From Psilocybe cubensis (taxonomy: Eukaryota), in NCBI GenBank assembly GCA_017499595.2, contig CM039001.1, positions 3,100,001 to 3,164,000 on the forward strand: a stretch of 64,000 bases of DNA, read 5' to 3'. Position numbers and translations under genes: made by a program. Within the stretch, counting starts at the first letter, position 1, and each line of letters begins with the position of its first letter. This document shows, piece after piece, positions 49,429-62,926 of this stretch. The notes under the pieces were generated by a model. That model had not been told where the DNA came from and searched no databases. It saw only the letters and a list, made by a program, of their open reading frames with translations.

Positions 49429-52400
49429 TTAATACATCAGCTCAACGTCACCCTGCCACAACAAACACGGAATCAGCACCCTCGAAATAAAAAAAGAACA
49501 AAGGTGCAAATACTGACCTCAGCAACCAGATCCATATCATGGTAGCTTACCCTCTTGCCCCCTGCTGCTCGGGGATCTTCTTTGGCGTCAGGGGGAGGTG
49601 GAGGAGGCGGGCCAGATGACAGACTATTGTTCCTGTTGTTCCTTCTGTTCATTGCTGGATTCCCACTAACAAGTGCTGAATCTAGCGCAGCAGGCGTAGG
49701 TTTAGGAGGCAACCCAGCAGCTGCAGGAATGATGGCACTCTCAGGAGCAAAGCCGCTTATACGGTCACTTAATCTCCTGTTAGAATTGGTATCATCTCGC
49801 CTTGCTGGGTACATTCCAGGAGGATAACCGGCCGGATGGGAAGGATCCCAATAGTAGGGTGGGTGACCACCAGGTGGGAATGTCATATTTCCTGCAAAAT
49901 AAGGAATACCACGGCCGTAATCACCGCCTCCGGCATGGAAAGGCGATGGTCCTTGGATACCATACGCCTGAGGAGGAGGAGCCTGGCTACTGTTGCCGAC
50001 AGTAGCAGGAGGGTGTGCGAAAGGTTGAATGCGATGAGGATCCAAAGCAAAGTTATTGAAATAAGGAATCTGAACGATTGCAATAGAGTTCAGGAGTCAA
50101 TCAATCCAATTTTGTAAGGAAGGAATGTACCTCGTCCAACGACTTAACCAATTCGGGATGCTTGTTTGCAATATGCTTCTCAACGAAGGAAGTAGCTTTG
50201 AAAAGTTTTTGACAAGTTTTACACCTGAATTTACCCTCATCTTCCTGTTTCAGGAAAGGCTCTACAGCTTTGCTCAATTCCCTGAAACGAACCGTTAAGA
50301 GAATCAACAGGAGTGAAAAGAGACCAAAGAAACGCACTCCTCGTAACTCTTGCCGCCGTAAGCACGTGGGTCCACTCCATCTCGGTTGATGAGAAGAGCG
50401 ACTTTTGAGTCTAGCCATTCAAGCCATCTTTCGTCTGTCAGATGCAACATGAGAACAAGTGCAATACATATCCAGAGAAGGGAAAAACAAACCATTACGC
50501 TTCCAATCCCTGGAATCATGCTTCACTTTCCCATTTTCTTTCTCCTTCTCTTTCACCTTGGTTTTATCTTCAGCACCATCAACAGGCATCTCTTTGTCTT
50601 GGTCCTGTTCTTGATTCTTCTTCTCTTTCTCAGCTTCTGCAAGTTTAAGCTCTTCCAATAGTGCCTTTGACAATGGCTTCCGCTCATGCTTCAAGCATTT
50701 GCGTTGAAGTTCTTCAAGATGATCGGTTACAACGGCGCAATAATAGCAGGTATGGAAGGCAGCTCGCAAATATGCAAGATATAAATCCAGGGAAACTACA
50801 ACCTACAATAGATGCATGAGTAAACGATATGGGGCAAGGTATGCACAAGACATTCTACCTTTTTCTCGCGATAGGCCTTTTCATCATTGGCATCAACAAG
50901 GCCCTGTTCTCGCATGTCTGTCATGACCTTTTCTATCCTTCTTTCGACCGCCGCACTCCCTGACTCCCTTGGTTCCGGTTCCGGTTCCGGTTCTTCTTCT
51001 TCTACAGGGGGCGCCATGGGGGCGTCTTGGTCTTCTGCCTTCGAAGCGTCACCATTTTTGTTCGCGGAAACTGGCGGGGCGGAAGTGTTCATGGCACGCA
51101 ATTTGGCAGCCTGTTCTTCGAGTATACCCGCAAGAGTTTTGGCGTTCTCCAAATCCTTTTCTAAACGTTCTGGCCGACTGGCCACTTCGGGTGTATAACG
51201 AACTTTGTTTACAAATGGCCGAGTGTTATGCGTTACATGCAACTTAAAGCCTTCGATCTATGAAAAAGATTAGAAACCTTTGTTGTTCCTTTGACGTCCG
51301 TAGAACTCACTTTCTTCTCAGACAACTCGGTGACGACGGCAGCCATATCTGCATCATCTCTGAACCTCAACCAACCCGCTCGATAATAATTACGCTTTTG
51401 GAGAGGATCACCCAAGGCAAGGTAAACATACCCCGGAACTTTCGAGCAAGCCTTCAGAAGGTGGCGTTAGAAAAGATCAACCAAATGGTCAAATACACAC
51501 CTCTTCCAACTTGACGCGGCCAATGTCTGGCGGTATAGTCCTAATCATAACTTGATTGCCTTCCGCCTCTACAGACACCTCCTCTCCTCTGTTACCACGC
51601 TTGTTGTCAAAAAAGGTTTTCCCATTGGCATCTGGGCGGTTAGCCTCCTGGTCGCCAGCATCCTCATCTCCATCAACATTGAACTGCATATCGTCATCCG
51701 CACTTGGGACAGCTTTGGTATCATCGGCAGGGGCAGCATCTCCGTTCGCGCTCTCCTTCACAGGAGATGAAGGCTCTGCCTCAGGTTCACGCAAATTTGG
51801 GTCAAATTTCCCGGATTCGAGGTCATCGAGGAAGCTATTTAAACGACCTTTCCAGCCTTCTTTTCTCACACGTGCGCGCAACGACTCGAATTCTGGTGCT
51901 GGATCATACTTTTCGGCAAACCAAGGTGATTTCCTGTGATGTTCAAACATAGTTTGAAGCTACAATACGCGATGAAGTTTAGTCATGGATTTTTAACACT
52001 TCGATGAATAAAACACAAGAATGACCGTAATGAAAACAATACAGCGACGATATACACACTGCATGAAGTGCGACGAAGGAGAAAAGGATGATGGCTAACC
52101 TGGTTTGCGGCAAACTCTTTCTTATATTTTTCCCACCGACTTCTGATGCCATTACGGGGTTTGGAACCGTCACCGGCCTCTTGCTCAGCGGCTTTGTCTG
52201 CGTTGTCTTCTTCCATTGCTTGAGTTGGATAGAAGTAACGGAACCAGTCGGCATACTGCTTGAGCGTTGCCGGGAAATCGAAGGTGTGTGGGTCTGGGGG
52301 GGATCTTCTTGAAGGAGGATACGGTTGATGTCTTCGAGGTGAAGAGTAACCGTGGCGAGAGTGACCATCTGGAAAGACGCGTTGAGTATGCTATGTATAA

Positions 52401-52798
52401 AGGAGAAGTAATACAGGCGGCAAACCGTAGTCGTCGTTGTATCGAGGTCGTGGGTCATACCGCTCCCTGTCGTATGGAGACATCGATCTCCTTCGCTTCC
52501 TGCCAGCTATACAACCATGCGTCAGCGCCATGGCCGAAATCATGTCTCAAGTAAAGAAAAACTCACTCTCGTCTACGGGAGGACTACGGCTCCTGCCACG
52601 CCTCCCATAGTCGTATGGTCTTTCTCGGTCGTGCCATCTGTCCCTGTCATAGGTATCCCTGCCATCCCAGTCGGGTCTATAGTTCTCTGAATAAGTGTCA
52701 GAATAGGGTGGTCTACCAGACGAGTAGCCACGGCTGGGAGGAGAGCGCGAGCGAGAACGACGTGGAGGAGGAGGATACGACGAGGACCAGGAAGACAT
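49429..52798 (-). CDS. ARS2: ARS2/Serrate RNA effector homolog
   Basis: RS-rich start, PWFAEKYDP, RRM-like RAGWLRF, CYYC...ELQRKC, C2H2 FRCKTCQKLFKATSFVEKHIANKH and C-terminal DPR...SYHDMD. Confidence 0.88.
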
Positions 52799-53079
52799 CT
52801 TTTAGAGAGCAAAAGAACTGAGGAACAGAAAGAGAAAGCGAACATTACGACGGCTGATCAGAGCCTGCGAGAGAGAGGTCGAGCATAGTGAAGCACAGAC
52901 CTCTTGGGATCACGAAACGGCGCTGAAAGTTGGCAATTGCGACGAGCTCAACGTTTCGTTCGACACGCTCAACAGTGTTTCGCGATGAAGCTCATAATTA
53001 ACGTCCAGCACACTCACATACGTAGTTTAAGCGGAGTCTGAATTCAGGCCCGTGCACGCACAACGACGACAACGGTTAC

Positions 53080-54046
53080 TTAGAATATACTGTTAAGTAC
53101 ACTATCTAAAGGGATCTCCTTTTTCTTCTTAACGGTGTGCTCTTTTTGTTCCCCTTCATGGCGCCGCTTCTTTGGTTGCGGGTTGGGTTTTAGTTCAAAT
53201 TCCTCGCCCTTTTCTTTCTTCTTGGCTGCCCGCTTTTCCAAAACACGAGCTAGCTCCACGTTCTTCAAGTATTGTTGTTGCTCACTCTTTGATTGTGACA
53301 GCTCCACACGCAGCTTAGCCGTGTGCACAGCAGCTTCATGGGCTGTAAAAGAAAAATTAACAAAGGGATCTCTACCTTGTAAATAGATATACTCACCAAC
53401 TTGCTCCGTCAGCATGTACCACTTGAATCTTGGCAAATACTTCATCGTCCAAATATCATCGCGCCATCTGGTTCCCTTCTTCCCACCGATGGGCTGCGCG
53501 TTCAGCATTTCTGCGACACTACGAGCAACCTTTTTATCTTTGAATTCTACCCAGCCTTCAGTGTAATGCGCCTTTTTCGTTGAGGTGAATTTGCGACGCA
53601 GATATGCCCGTTTGGCGTCTGGAGCATAGCTTTAGGACTATTGTTGTCGGGATAAAGAATGACTGACCTTCTTGCTGGAGATACACACGACCAACAGCAC
53701 CATATGCACTCATGAGATGGCGAACTTTGGCGGGCCGCATACCAGGGGGAATCCTGGATATGTAGATGACGCCTGCGCGATCTTGGGCAGCTTTAAATGC
53801 AGCCAACGCTTCCGGAGTCAAAGGCTTCAACGTTCGTTCTCCAGAAAAGCCTTCCGGATCCATGCCATCAAACTCATCTTCACTCCCATCTTCTTCTTCC
53901 GTTTGCCTATCTTCCTCTTCGCCTTGTGAATGCTCTTCTTCAGTCGGTTCTTCGCTTGAAACTCGAGACGGGCCAGCTTCTGGGGATTCGTCGGCTGAAA
54001 GTGACTTTAAAACATTCTTTTGGTTGGTTTTCGGTTCGTCTAGCAT
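53080..54046 (-). CDS. ESF2: Pre-rRNA-processing protein ESF2/ABT1
   Basis: GVIYISRIPPGMRPAKVR, YTEGWVEF and IGGKK...DIWTMKYLPRFKW. Confidence 0.93.
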
Positions 54047-55357
54047 GGTGGTAAGTTTTGTAACAAGGTAGACAACACGATTTACTGACTTGGAAGTAAG
54101 AAACCAAGTGTCGCATAATTTCTTGGAGAAGCCGTCGCATAACAGTAACAAACAAATGAACCGCACCAATGAAATTGAAAACTATACCAGCTGAACATCA
54201 TTGAAGTTAGCTCATATTTAAATGTGACTACTAGTACTACTGTAGATTGAGACGGGTAGTAATGAAACGAAAGCGAGTTATGAAAAGTATTTGGCCATAC
54301 ACAAGATACGGGCGCGCATAAGCACAGAAAAACCAACCAACGTTGTTAAGTAGTTGAATTAACTAACAAGTACTTGAACTATTAGGACCTACCTCCATAG
54401 TTTTGATGAATATGGCCAAGTTATCGAAGTTAAACTTCCATGGCGCTGAGCAATGGAGGTTGAATGACTGGGCCAGCACAATAACTGTAACTGTGAATAG
54501 AAGCGACGGCGATCAATGGAGTTCCAATTTGGCGGAGCGTCGGAGTCTAAACGCCAAATTACAAAACGCAACTGCCGCCGAGTTTAAAGCAAACCACAAA
54601 CTCAAATTCAACTGACAACATCCCTTGCTCAACACCATTTTCGACGAGATGAAAACGCGGTCTATGTGCTGAATCCTGTATCTAATCTTGGTGTAAAATG
54701 CAGAATGTTGCCTGTAAATCCATTATTCGATCACCTTAACCATTATCGACGTGTCTACGCGTTCATCAATGCTAGTGGACGCTGACGTTTGCGGCGCTGT
54801 ACTATTTCTTGAAATTTTCCATCGTAGACGATGCATCGCGACTCATTGTAAGTGCGTCTATCCCACACATAGATTACATACTAATCACTCCTGCTTCTTG
54901 CGACAATCCAAGGAATCCACAGGCTTCAAATTAGACGCCCATAAGGGGCTCAGAAAGGCCTCACGCGGATTTTTTTTTTTTCATCACAGGTCTGAATCTC
55001 TCAAGTAAATATTTTATTCCACTTAATAATTTTTCATAGGCTTATTTGATATCTTTGGTTGGCTTTATTGGCATAGTCCCAAATCATAGGAACGTCAATG
55101 CAATTGTACTGGATCAGGACTTCCTTCAGGAAGGTTGCCGGACCTATCGATGAACGAGGTCCTATGTCTCATTCAACTCATTAATGGTCTTTCAAAGCAC
55201 ATTATCTTCAGTATAAATTGTCGTGCAGCATGTGACAAAAATCTTTACAGACAAATATACAAATAATGCTCGATCACCCCGCCGGTATAAATATACTGCC
55301 TACTGGTCAATCCTGTCTTTCTTCCTTACCGCAACATTAAATCATACAAGGCCCAAT

Positions 55358-58300
55358 ATGCACCTATCATCTGAGCCGGTACCTCAATATCCGAGATTAA
55401 TATCTCGCCCTGTCAAACAGTCTCCTAGCATGAAGTTTAACAAGCCCGACCCTCCCTCCTCCAGGTACCTGCAGGACATCGCGCGGGACCAACTCCCCCC
55501 GCCTTCGTTACATAGAAGCAGACATGGGTGTACGTGTATATTCTTACTGGCTCTGTCCTCGCTTTTTTAAAAAAATTGTATACAGCTATCCAGGACCCCG
55601 CCCAGGATTATACACTCCCTCACCCGTCCAACAGGCGAGGACGAAGGGAATGTGAGTTGATATATAGTTGATAAAGGAGGCCTCTGTGTTTATATGTCAT
55701 ACGCCCAGATTTTCAAGATATCGCCTATGATAAATCGCCATCTACATCATCAGTTAATCGAGGTCGCAAAGGATGTAAGTCTACATTGGTGTGTTATCTG
55801 TTCTTGTATGTGTTGACATGTGGTAGCTTCAGCTGCTCATACTATTGATCACAATACTACACCCCTTCCTACATCGGTCAAGCGTGGCCACAAAGGTCGT
55901 AAGTGTACACGGAGTCAATGTCTTTACATGTACTGATATATCGTTCAGCTGTGCAAGATATCGCCCAAGACAGAATGTCCTCGCCATCATCCGTTAAGCG
56001 AGGTCGAAAAGGATGTAAGTGTATATGAGGCTTATATGATTGACAATTGTTTATATGATTTGTACTCAGCCAATCAAGATATTGCCCAAGAACAAAGAAC
56101 ATCTCCTACAATGACAAAGCAAACTCGAAAAGGCGAGTATATACAGCCTCCAATACAAGAATTTATAATTGATTTTCTCTCAGTAGCCCAAGACCTTTCT
56201 AAGGAGTCACTCCCCTCGCCACTCCCGGCCAAAAAAGGACGAAATGGATGTGAGTATATCAAACTAGCTCAAGTCAATTAGGTCGTTGATATTTAATACC
56301 TTTACCAGTTATGAAGTTTCTCTCTAAAGCGGTCCCATGCACTTCAGCAAAAAGCGTGGTGGAGGAGCCCAGTGTTATCTGCAGCCCAGAAGTGAAAAGT
56401 GTCAGTCCTTCCCCCCCATCGCAGAGCGAGGTAGCCCTGTCCCGCAATAAGTTTTCGACGGATTCGATCCCCACTCGAGGATCTTTCAGCATATCCGTCA
56501 GGGAGTCCTTGCTACCCCAGTTCTCGCCCGAGTTCAATCTTATGCCGGGGTCTTCCAGGGCAGGACATCGCTGGCCCTCCTTCATGGAGATAGAAACGCC
56601 AGTATTGGAGGCAGGCGCCTCTCCCAGGAACATCGTACCCTCGCCCAGTTCATCATTGTCGGCAGGGAGGAGATCGATCCACGCCATTGTGGAGGACGCC
56701 GACAGCGAACCTGTTCAAATAGAACCCTCAAGCGGTAACACAATCACCACTGAAGTACCTGCGGATCGCCAGTCTGACCACGCCACCAACACGTCCTCTG
56801 ACGAAGAGCCCCCCGCCCCGACCAGGATGTCTTGGGCCGATATCCTTGCCGCAATGAGGGATAATGCCGAGGAAGATGCATCGTCTGTTCCCGTCAATGA
56901 TTTGGAAGAGTTCTTATCGGCGTTTGGATTGAAGGTTTCTAAGAAGGAGCCAGCAGTGGAGGAGATGTCCCTTTTTCAGCTTAACAAAGTCGTAACGGAC
57001 CATGAAGAAAGGGACGCACAAACAATTATGGATTGGCTAGTTATTCATCCGGAGGCGACCGGTTTCATGTCCTCTTACCCAGCTTTAACACGACTGGTGG
57101 AGGTGGACGCAGACACCAACGAAATAGGTGCGTTAAATATATTTCATTCGTTTTCATTTTACTAACTCCTGGTTTTTTTAATCTAGTTAACACCACTTCT
57201 TTTGTGAACATCACAGGTTTGATTATCCCTTTATTTTTGGAATCTCTTTTTAACATATTCTTTAGCAGATCTGGAGGGGGAGGGCATGGGCCAAACTATT
57301 GGCTCCATGGACTCTTTGCCCTCTGTTTATTCCCAACAGACATCGCCAACCCATAGCGTTGAGAACATCCCTCAACTCATATTTACACTCCCAACGGAGA
57401 CCGACCTCGCCCTCGATCCCGTCATGGAAGAAGAGACTGTTCCGGCCCCGGAACTTCTGAATGTTGCATGGACGCCTACTCCCATGCGAAGGCGCCGAGT
57501 ATACTCGGTAACACCTCCTAAGCGCCGAATCTCGAGGCTTCGCAAGGTAGCTTCAGCGCCTGACCTCCAGCTTGTTGCTGCGGGGTCTAGCTTTGATGAC
57601 AGCGACGACGAGGACACCGTTCCCTCATCCCATGAGGTGTCTGGTATTTCCTCTACCGTCTGGACGTCATTCTCCATCGACTCTTCGGTGGATGCGAATG
57701 ATTCCTCCACTATGACGGTTGTGTCAGATAAAGAGCGTAGGAAGTCTGGTAAGTATTTGATTCAATTTCCTCTTTATGTCAAACTTCCTTTGTTAACTGT
57801 TTCAATCCCACAGATCCTAATGTCGGAGAGAACATGTTGGTGGCAAACTTGCTGCCAGACTCTTCTCTCGGCTCCTTCTCGTCCAACCGTGGATGTGTTT
57901 CTGTCATCGACGCTGGGACTGCCACTACCGACCCCTCGACCGCCTCTCTCTGTGTTACCGACGTCGTTGCCCGTGTTTCCGCTGACGACGACGGCGTATC
58001 TCTCTCCGGTTTTGTTTCTGCTCCTTCCACGCCCACTCCTGACACTCACGCTTTCGAATCCACTGGCAACGAGGCTGTGGAGGCATCGTCTGGCGAAGCT
58101 CAGGTCCGCTCACGCCCTGTCGGTATCTACGGCGGCCCTCTCAACATGGCCAGCCTTCGTTCGCAGATGAACAAGGTCGAGGAGATTATCATCGCCAATG
58201 CCAGCAACCGGGCAAGCATGTCTGCTCCCAGCACACCTCAGGTTCAAAGCCCAGGTTCACCTAAGCGCGATTCCCAGGGTGCAACGCCTAAGCGCCGAGG

Positions 58301-58463
58301 AAGCATGGGTTACAAACCACGGGCCATCACCGGCATCAGACCTTTGATGCTTCCCATGCGGGTGGCATTGCGAGATTTCGACGACGACGGCAACAGGACT
58401 GTTACACACCCTCCTGGCACTGTCTCTCCCGAGGACTCCCCCCGGAACATTGTTCCATTCTAG
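55358..58463 (+). CDS. Orphan multi-exon Ser/Pro-rich protein with an N-terminal array of basic 22-aa repeats
   Basis: TATAAATA at ~55286, six phase-1 exons of 63-66 nt, then ORFs 56311, 57286 and 57834 joined by introns, ending RNIVPF*. The start codon is uncertain. Confidence 0.7.
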
Positions 58464-59239
58464 GTTTCTTTTCTTTGACTTTTTCTCAAAAATTTACTCA
58501 AACCCCCCTGGTGATGTCTTTGTGACTTGGGCCTCTCGTCAACGGTCTTTTAGGCTCTCGTCGACGTCACCACGGTTGACACAAAAAATGTTTTGGAGGC
58601 AAGTCTTCGCCTCTCCGCCTTTGGCGGGTTTTCTTCTCTCAAAACCTAGTTTTCTGTTCCCGGATCTCGTTCTCTCTGGTTGGCTCGCTACCACATCTCT
58701 CAAAGGTCTTTTGTCATCTGCACTACAGTCTTGGTTGAGTCTTCACTCTCTTCCTTTTTTTCTTCTTTCTCTCTTCTCTCTCTCTCTCTTCTCTCTCTGT
58801 CTCTCTCTGTTTCTTTCTCTTGTTATGTCCGACTATCTCGATTTGGACAATACCGGCACCGGCATCCTCAATTTGTATTTTTCTTGATCTGGCAACATCT
58901 TCATCCTATCTTTCTATCTTCGTTGGCGGCCTTCTTTTCTATGGATTTTCTCTTTTTCACGCGCCTTGGGTCTTATTCCGCTCGACACCGTCAACGATTG
59001 GACCCTCAACACCCTTTTCACGTCAAAAAATCTTTTCGAACCCCCCGGAACATACTTCGGATGAAAAAAAATTGTCTATTCTTCACTTTTTGGACCTGCA
59101 CTCGGATCCGGAGCTTCTCGTTCTCTCGCTTCGTGTTGTCGCCGCCCTTTGCCAACCTAGGCCTGCGCTTGTTCAACTTTACTCCTCAGCTTAGAAGGTC
59201 GCCCGCCATGTGTTCGCCTCTTCATCATTTGCACACTAT

Positions 59240-59410
59240 GTATTATTCATTTTCTATCACATGTATTTTTCATTTCTATAACATTTGTACTACATTTCTA
59301 TTTTCTATTCATCTTCATGACATTTCTATTGCATTTCTATTTCTTCATCTCTATGACATATCTATTACATTTCTATTCATTATCCATCTCTATTACATTT
59401 CTGTATAACA
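59240..59410. repeat. Degenerate CATTTCTAT-based tandem repeat
   Basis: Recurrent CATTTCTA(T) units just upstream of AATAAA at ~59448. Confidence 0.8.
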
Positions 59411-59677
59411 TCCTATTCAGATTTATAGATTTGTATTTTCTTGGATCAATAAAAATGTCAATGTATGTATAGAAAATTCATGGACAGACAACTCTGCAGT
59501 AAAGTGATGATACAAGCTTTAAAAATGCAAAACAAGAATGGTGCATCTTTTTGTGTGGAATCCAAAGCGCAGTATTGAATAGCAAAACATGGATGGCTTG
59601 CTTCTCACCTCTATCAAAGGATTTTGCCAAAGTTTTATTATTTCTTACTGCAAATGCAACAAGTTGGCTCAAAGATT

Positions 59678-60762
59678 ATGGCATTAGCAACCAGTGACTC
59701 TCGCAGCTTGAATGACTATGGACGTTCGACTCGAGCACAACCTGAACGTACCTAATTATAGTACAGCTTCGGACTTGGCATGCTGCATCCAACATCATCT
59801 CACGATCAACTAATACACACAGACGGCCTCGTGTTTATTATAAGAGCTTGCCTTCAATACGCTTATTTCTTCGTGGAATACGGATAGGACTCTCTGACCC
59901 AGAGTGGAACTTGCGAATTGACGAAGTGCACCCCAATCAAACCCCCGTTTCGGTGTTGCCTCCAACTCCTCCCATATCCGACCTTGTTCTGCCTGCAAAG
60001 CAAGACCCCAAAAAGCCTATTCTACCTCGCAGCGTCAACCATCGTAATGAACTGGGTACCGATAGCGATGACGATGAAAGTCGAGCTTCAGGCTTCGTGG
60101 TAGATCCCACTGTCAAAGTCCGGAATGTACGTAGTAATTCATTGCCGATTCAACCACGTCTAAAACACCTTTAGTGGTCATTTCACCCATCAGACTTGAT
60201 TCTCCAAATGATGCTTTCTAAGGTATGTTCGCTTATAGGAATTCCTAAATACGTCTTGACTGAAGGGCTCCTTGTATCAGTACCCTGAAGCTAAAGTTGC
60301 TTTTGTTGATGATTACATATGGTCGCAATGTTTGAAGATTGATAAACCGATAGATTGTTTCCAAGATTCCAACGACCCGTTGACTTTTAGATGTTTACAG
60401 GAAGGCTTCGTTTCAGATTGGGGAGCCCTATTGGAAAACCTCTTCAACTCATACAGAATTGTTGAGACAGATGGTGTGTTACGAGCTACAATATTCTCAT
60501 CCGGTTCAATGTTAACGAAATCCAGGGATTCTATCTCTTACTCCACAACCAAAAAAAAGAATTTCCTGGGTGTGTAAAGACCTTCATTTATGTTTTTTTC
60601 TCTTCAGATCTGGTGGCTTCGCAATTTACGAAACCGACTGAGGTAAAGGAGATATTTGATAGAAAAGATTCAGATAGAAAGGAGATCTCATGGAAATCGA
60701 CGTTGAAAGACATTGAAAATCAGGGGACGCCATCTCTAGGTATTTCGTACAGAAGGTCTTAG
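59678..60762 (+). CDS. Hypothetical multi-exon protein
   Basis: ORFs 59848-60174 and 60272-60577 plus short exons link in frame via GT-AG introns. The first exon (MALAT, weak GTGACT donor) is tentative. Confidence 0.45.
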
Positions 60763-60892
60763 GTCAAATCTCCTTTCCATAACAAAGTATAAAAAGACGT
60801 GTTCATCGATGTACTGACCACCCAAAATCGAACACCCAATCCATACGATATCATCCACCAGCTTGCCACTCAACCACTTTCCTGCAACAAAC

Positions 60893-61273
60893 ATGTTCTC
60901 CAAATCATCATTGATTGAATTCGCCAAGCACCCTTTCACCTTCCGAGAGAGGTGCAGGAGGGAGCGAGCTCGGGTACGATGTTTCTTGCTCTTTGAAAAG
61001 TTGGAGATTTTCTGACCATAATTAATCGTACAGGCCAGACTCGAGGAACAAAGATCCAGCCCAGTCCTCCGGTTTGGCTCTGTGATGATCGTTAACCCGG
61101 TAAGCTATTCATCCTTGAGATCAAGTCCAACTTATTGACAAAATGTTCGGCAGGTCTACACAGGGCCTAATCCTTATCGTGGACCAGAGGTCTACGATCC
61201 GAAAAACGCTGGGAGGCCATTTATCCCAGTACGCCCGCCGAAGCCGGTGGGACCAAGGGAAATGCCCCGCTGA
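60893..61273 (+). CDS. Small 88-aa basic, Pro-rich orphan protein (3 exons)
   Basis: TATAAAA at ~60788. Exons 60893-60973, 61034-61099 and 61154-61273 join in frame with GTACGA and GTAAGC donors, CTGAC/TTGAC branch sites and CAG acceptors. Confidence 0.6.
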
Positions 61274-61761
61274 GGAATCAACCTCAGCAAGTTAGCATCT
61301 GCGTAGAATAGGACTAGTTATACGCAATGCACAGTTTTTTCATTTAAACTTTCGGGCGATTTGAGAAGTATATTTTCATTTGTTTATTAATCTTCAAAAC
61401 CTGAATACAACGACTATCACCAAAATGTACAAGAGTTGCGAAAAAATTACCGTAAGAGCCAGAAGAATAGAAAAAGAGGGATATAACATTCGTCACAAAA
61501 TGTGAAAGGAGTCAAAACAAGGTCGTATCTTCGCCGTGTTTATGTTCAGTGGCCAATGTTTGATTAATTTGGTATATCGACCGTCGTTGTGTTTGGATCA
61601 AAAGATATTTGCGGCGTTGATACAAAGTAGCGAGAATTGGGTAGGGTATGATAAACAATTCTGTGTGATGGCAATAAAGGATAAACCCAAAGAGTCAGTG
61701 AGTAAATATGAAGTTTACATTGTTGTGTTATGCCAATGGTCAAGGCATGTGCAGCAACATA

Positions 61762-62746
61762 TTAGAAAAGATCTTCGAGAGTCATTTGCTTCACGATATC
61801 CTGTTGGGTTTCAGTGTGGGTTCTGAAAAGCACGAGGTGAAATATATCATACTGTGTTGGCTACTGTCTGAGCAAACTCCTCAAAGCTTAGCTTGCCATC
61901 ACCATCTTGATCAGCCTCCATGATTGTTTTATCGACAATTTGTTGAAGCTGCTGGTCCTATTTGTGATTTTAAACCATCAAAGTCCAGAACCTCGAATAG
62001 AAATGTTATGAGTACCTTCAGGTTATTCCCGACCATCATTTTGAGCACAAGGAAGAGTTCCCCATTAGAGATGTAACCGTCCCTATCGACATCGTATACA
62101 TTGAAGGCAACTGAATTATTCATTGGTTCGAAGGAACAAAATTGAATTTTCGATGGTGTAGTTCAGGGATGAGAAAACAGTCAGAACAACCAGCAATACG
62201 CGAACCAGACAATAAAAGCACAAACATTTGAGTTTCTCTTCTCTTCCTCCTCTACTGCTAAAAGCGCTGAGACCACCGACGAACTCCTGGAAGTCAACTG
62301 TACCTCCACCACTGACAAATAACCATATTCGATGAGATTAGGAGCTTCAATATAATGACCTATGCTCACTCTTCGTCGAAGATGGCAATCATTCGGGATG
62401 CAAGAGGATTGGTCGCAATCTGAGGAATTTGCAAGAATTCTTCGCGATCGATAGATCCAGACCCGTCGCTAAAGTTGGGGATGTTCATCGGTACACGAAA
62501 ACACAGCATAACAAGAACTGGGGTACCTGTCCAACTTCATGAAGCGTTTCTTCAGTCTCTCCAATTCTGGTTGGGTGACTGTAGAGATGTCAAAGGTTAA
62601 CCAAGTTCGTGGACGTCATAGCCTATCTCGACGAACAATTGGACCGCCTCTCCATATCCTCCATGAACTGCGAAGCTATATTGGCCACACAGTCAATACA
62701 GACCTACAAACCAATCGCGGAATGAAAACGTACGTGATTGACCCAT
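61762..62746 (-). CDS. CNB1: Calcineurin regulatory subunit B
   Basis: MGQSP myristoylation-type start, [12 protein letters not shown] hands ([37 protein letters not shown]), ending KQMTLEDLF*. Confidence 0.96.
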
Positions 62747-62926
62747 TTTGACGAATGAGACGTTTTTAAGATTCTATGCTTTGAAACTAAGAAGAAAGAG
62801 GCCCAGACAGAGGTGGAAGAAGACAAGAATCAGGAGCTGAATGATAAGCTTAGCATCGGCATTGACGGTCGTGGGACTGCAGCCCACGTGAGTTCTGACT
62901 GGACACAACGAAGCTCAGCTTTTTTC

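Noticed and set aside
54526-54560. AATTTGGCG...CGCCAAATT inverted repeat as an ncRNA
   Set aside because: A 9-bp stem alone with no recognisable RNA family features.
58450-59408. Hydrophobic ORFs of 124-242 aa as membrane proteins
   Set aside because: Explained by T/C-rich low-complexity sequence that lacks stops in several overlapping frames.
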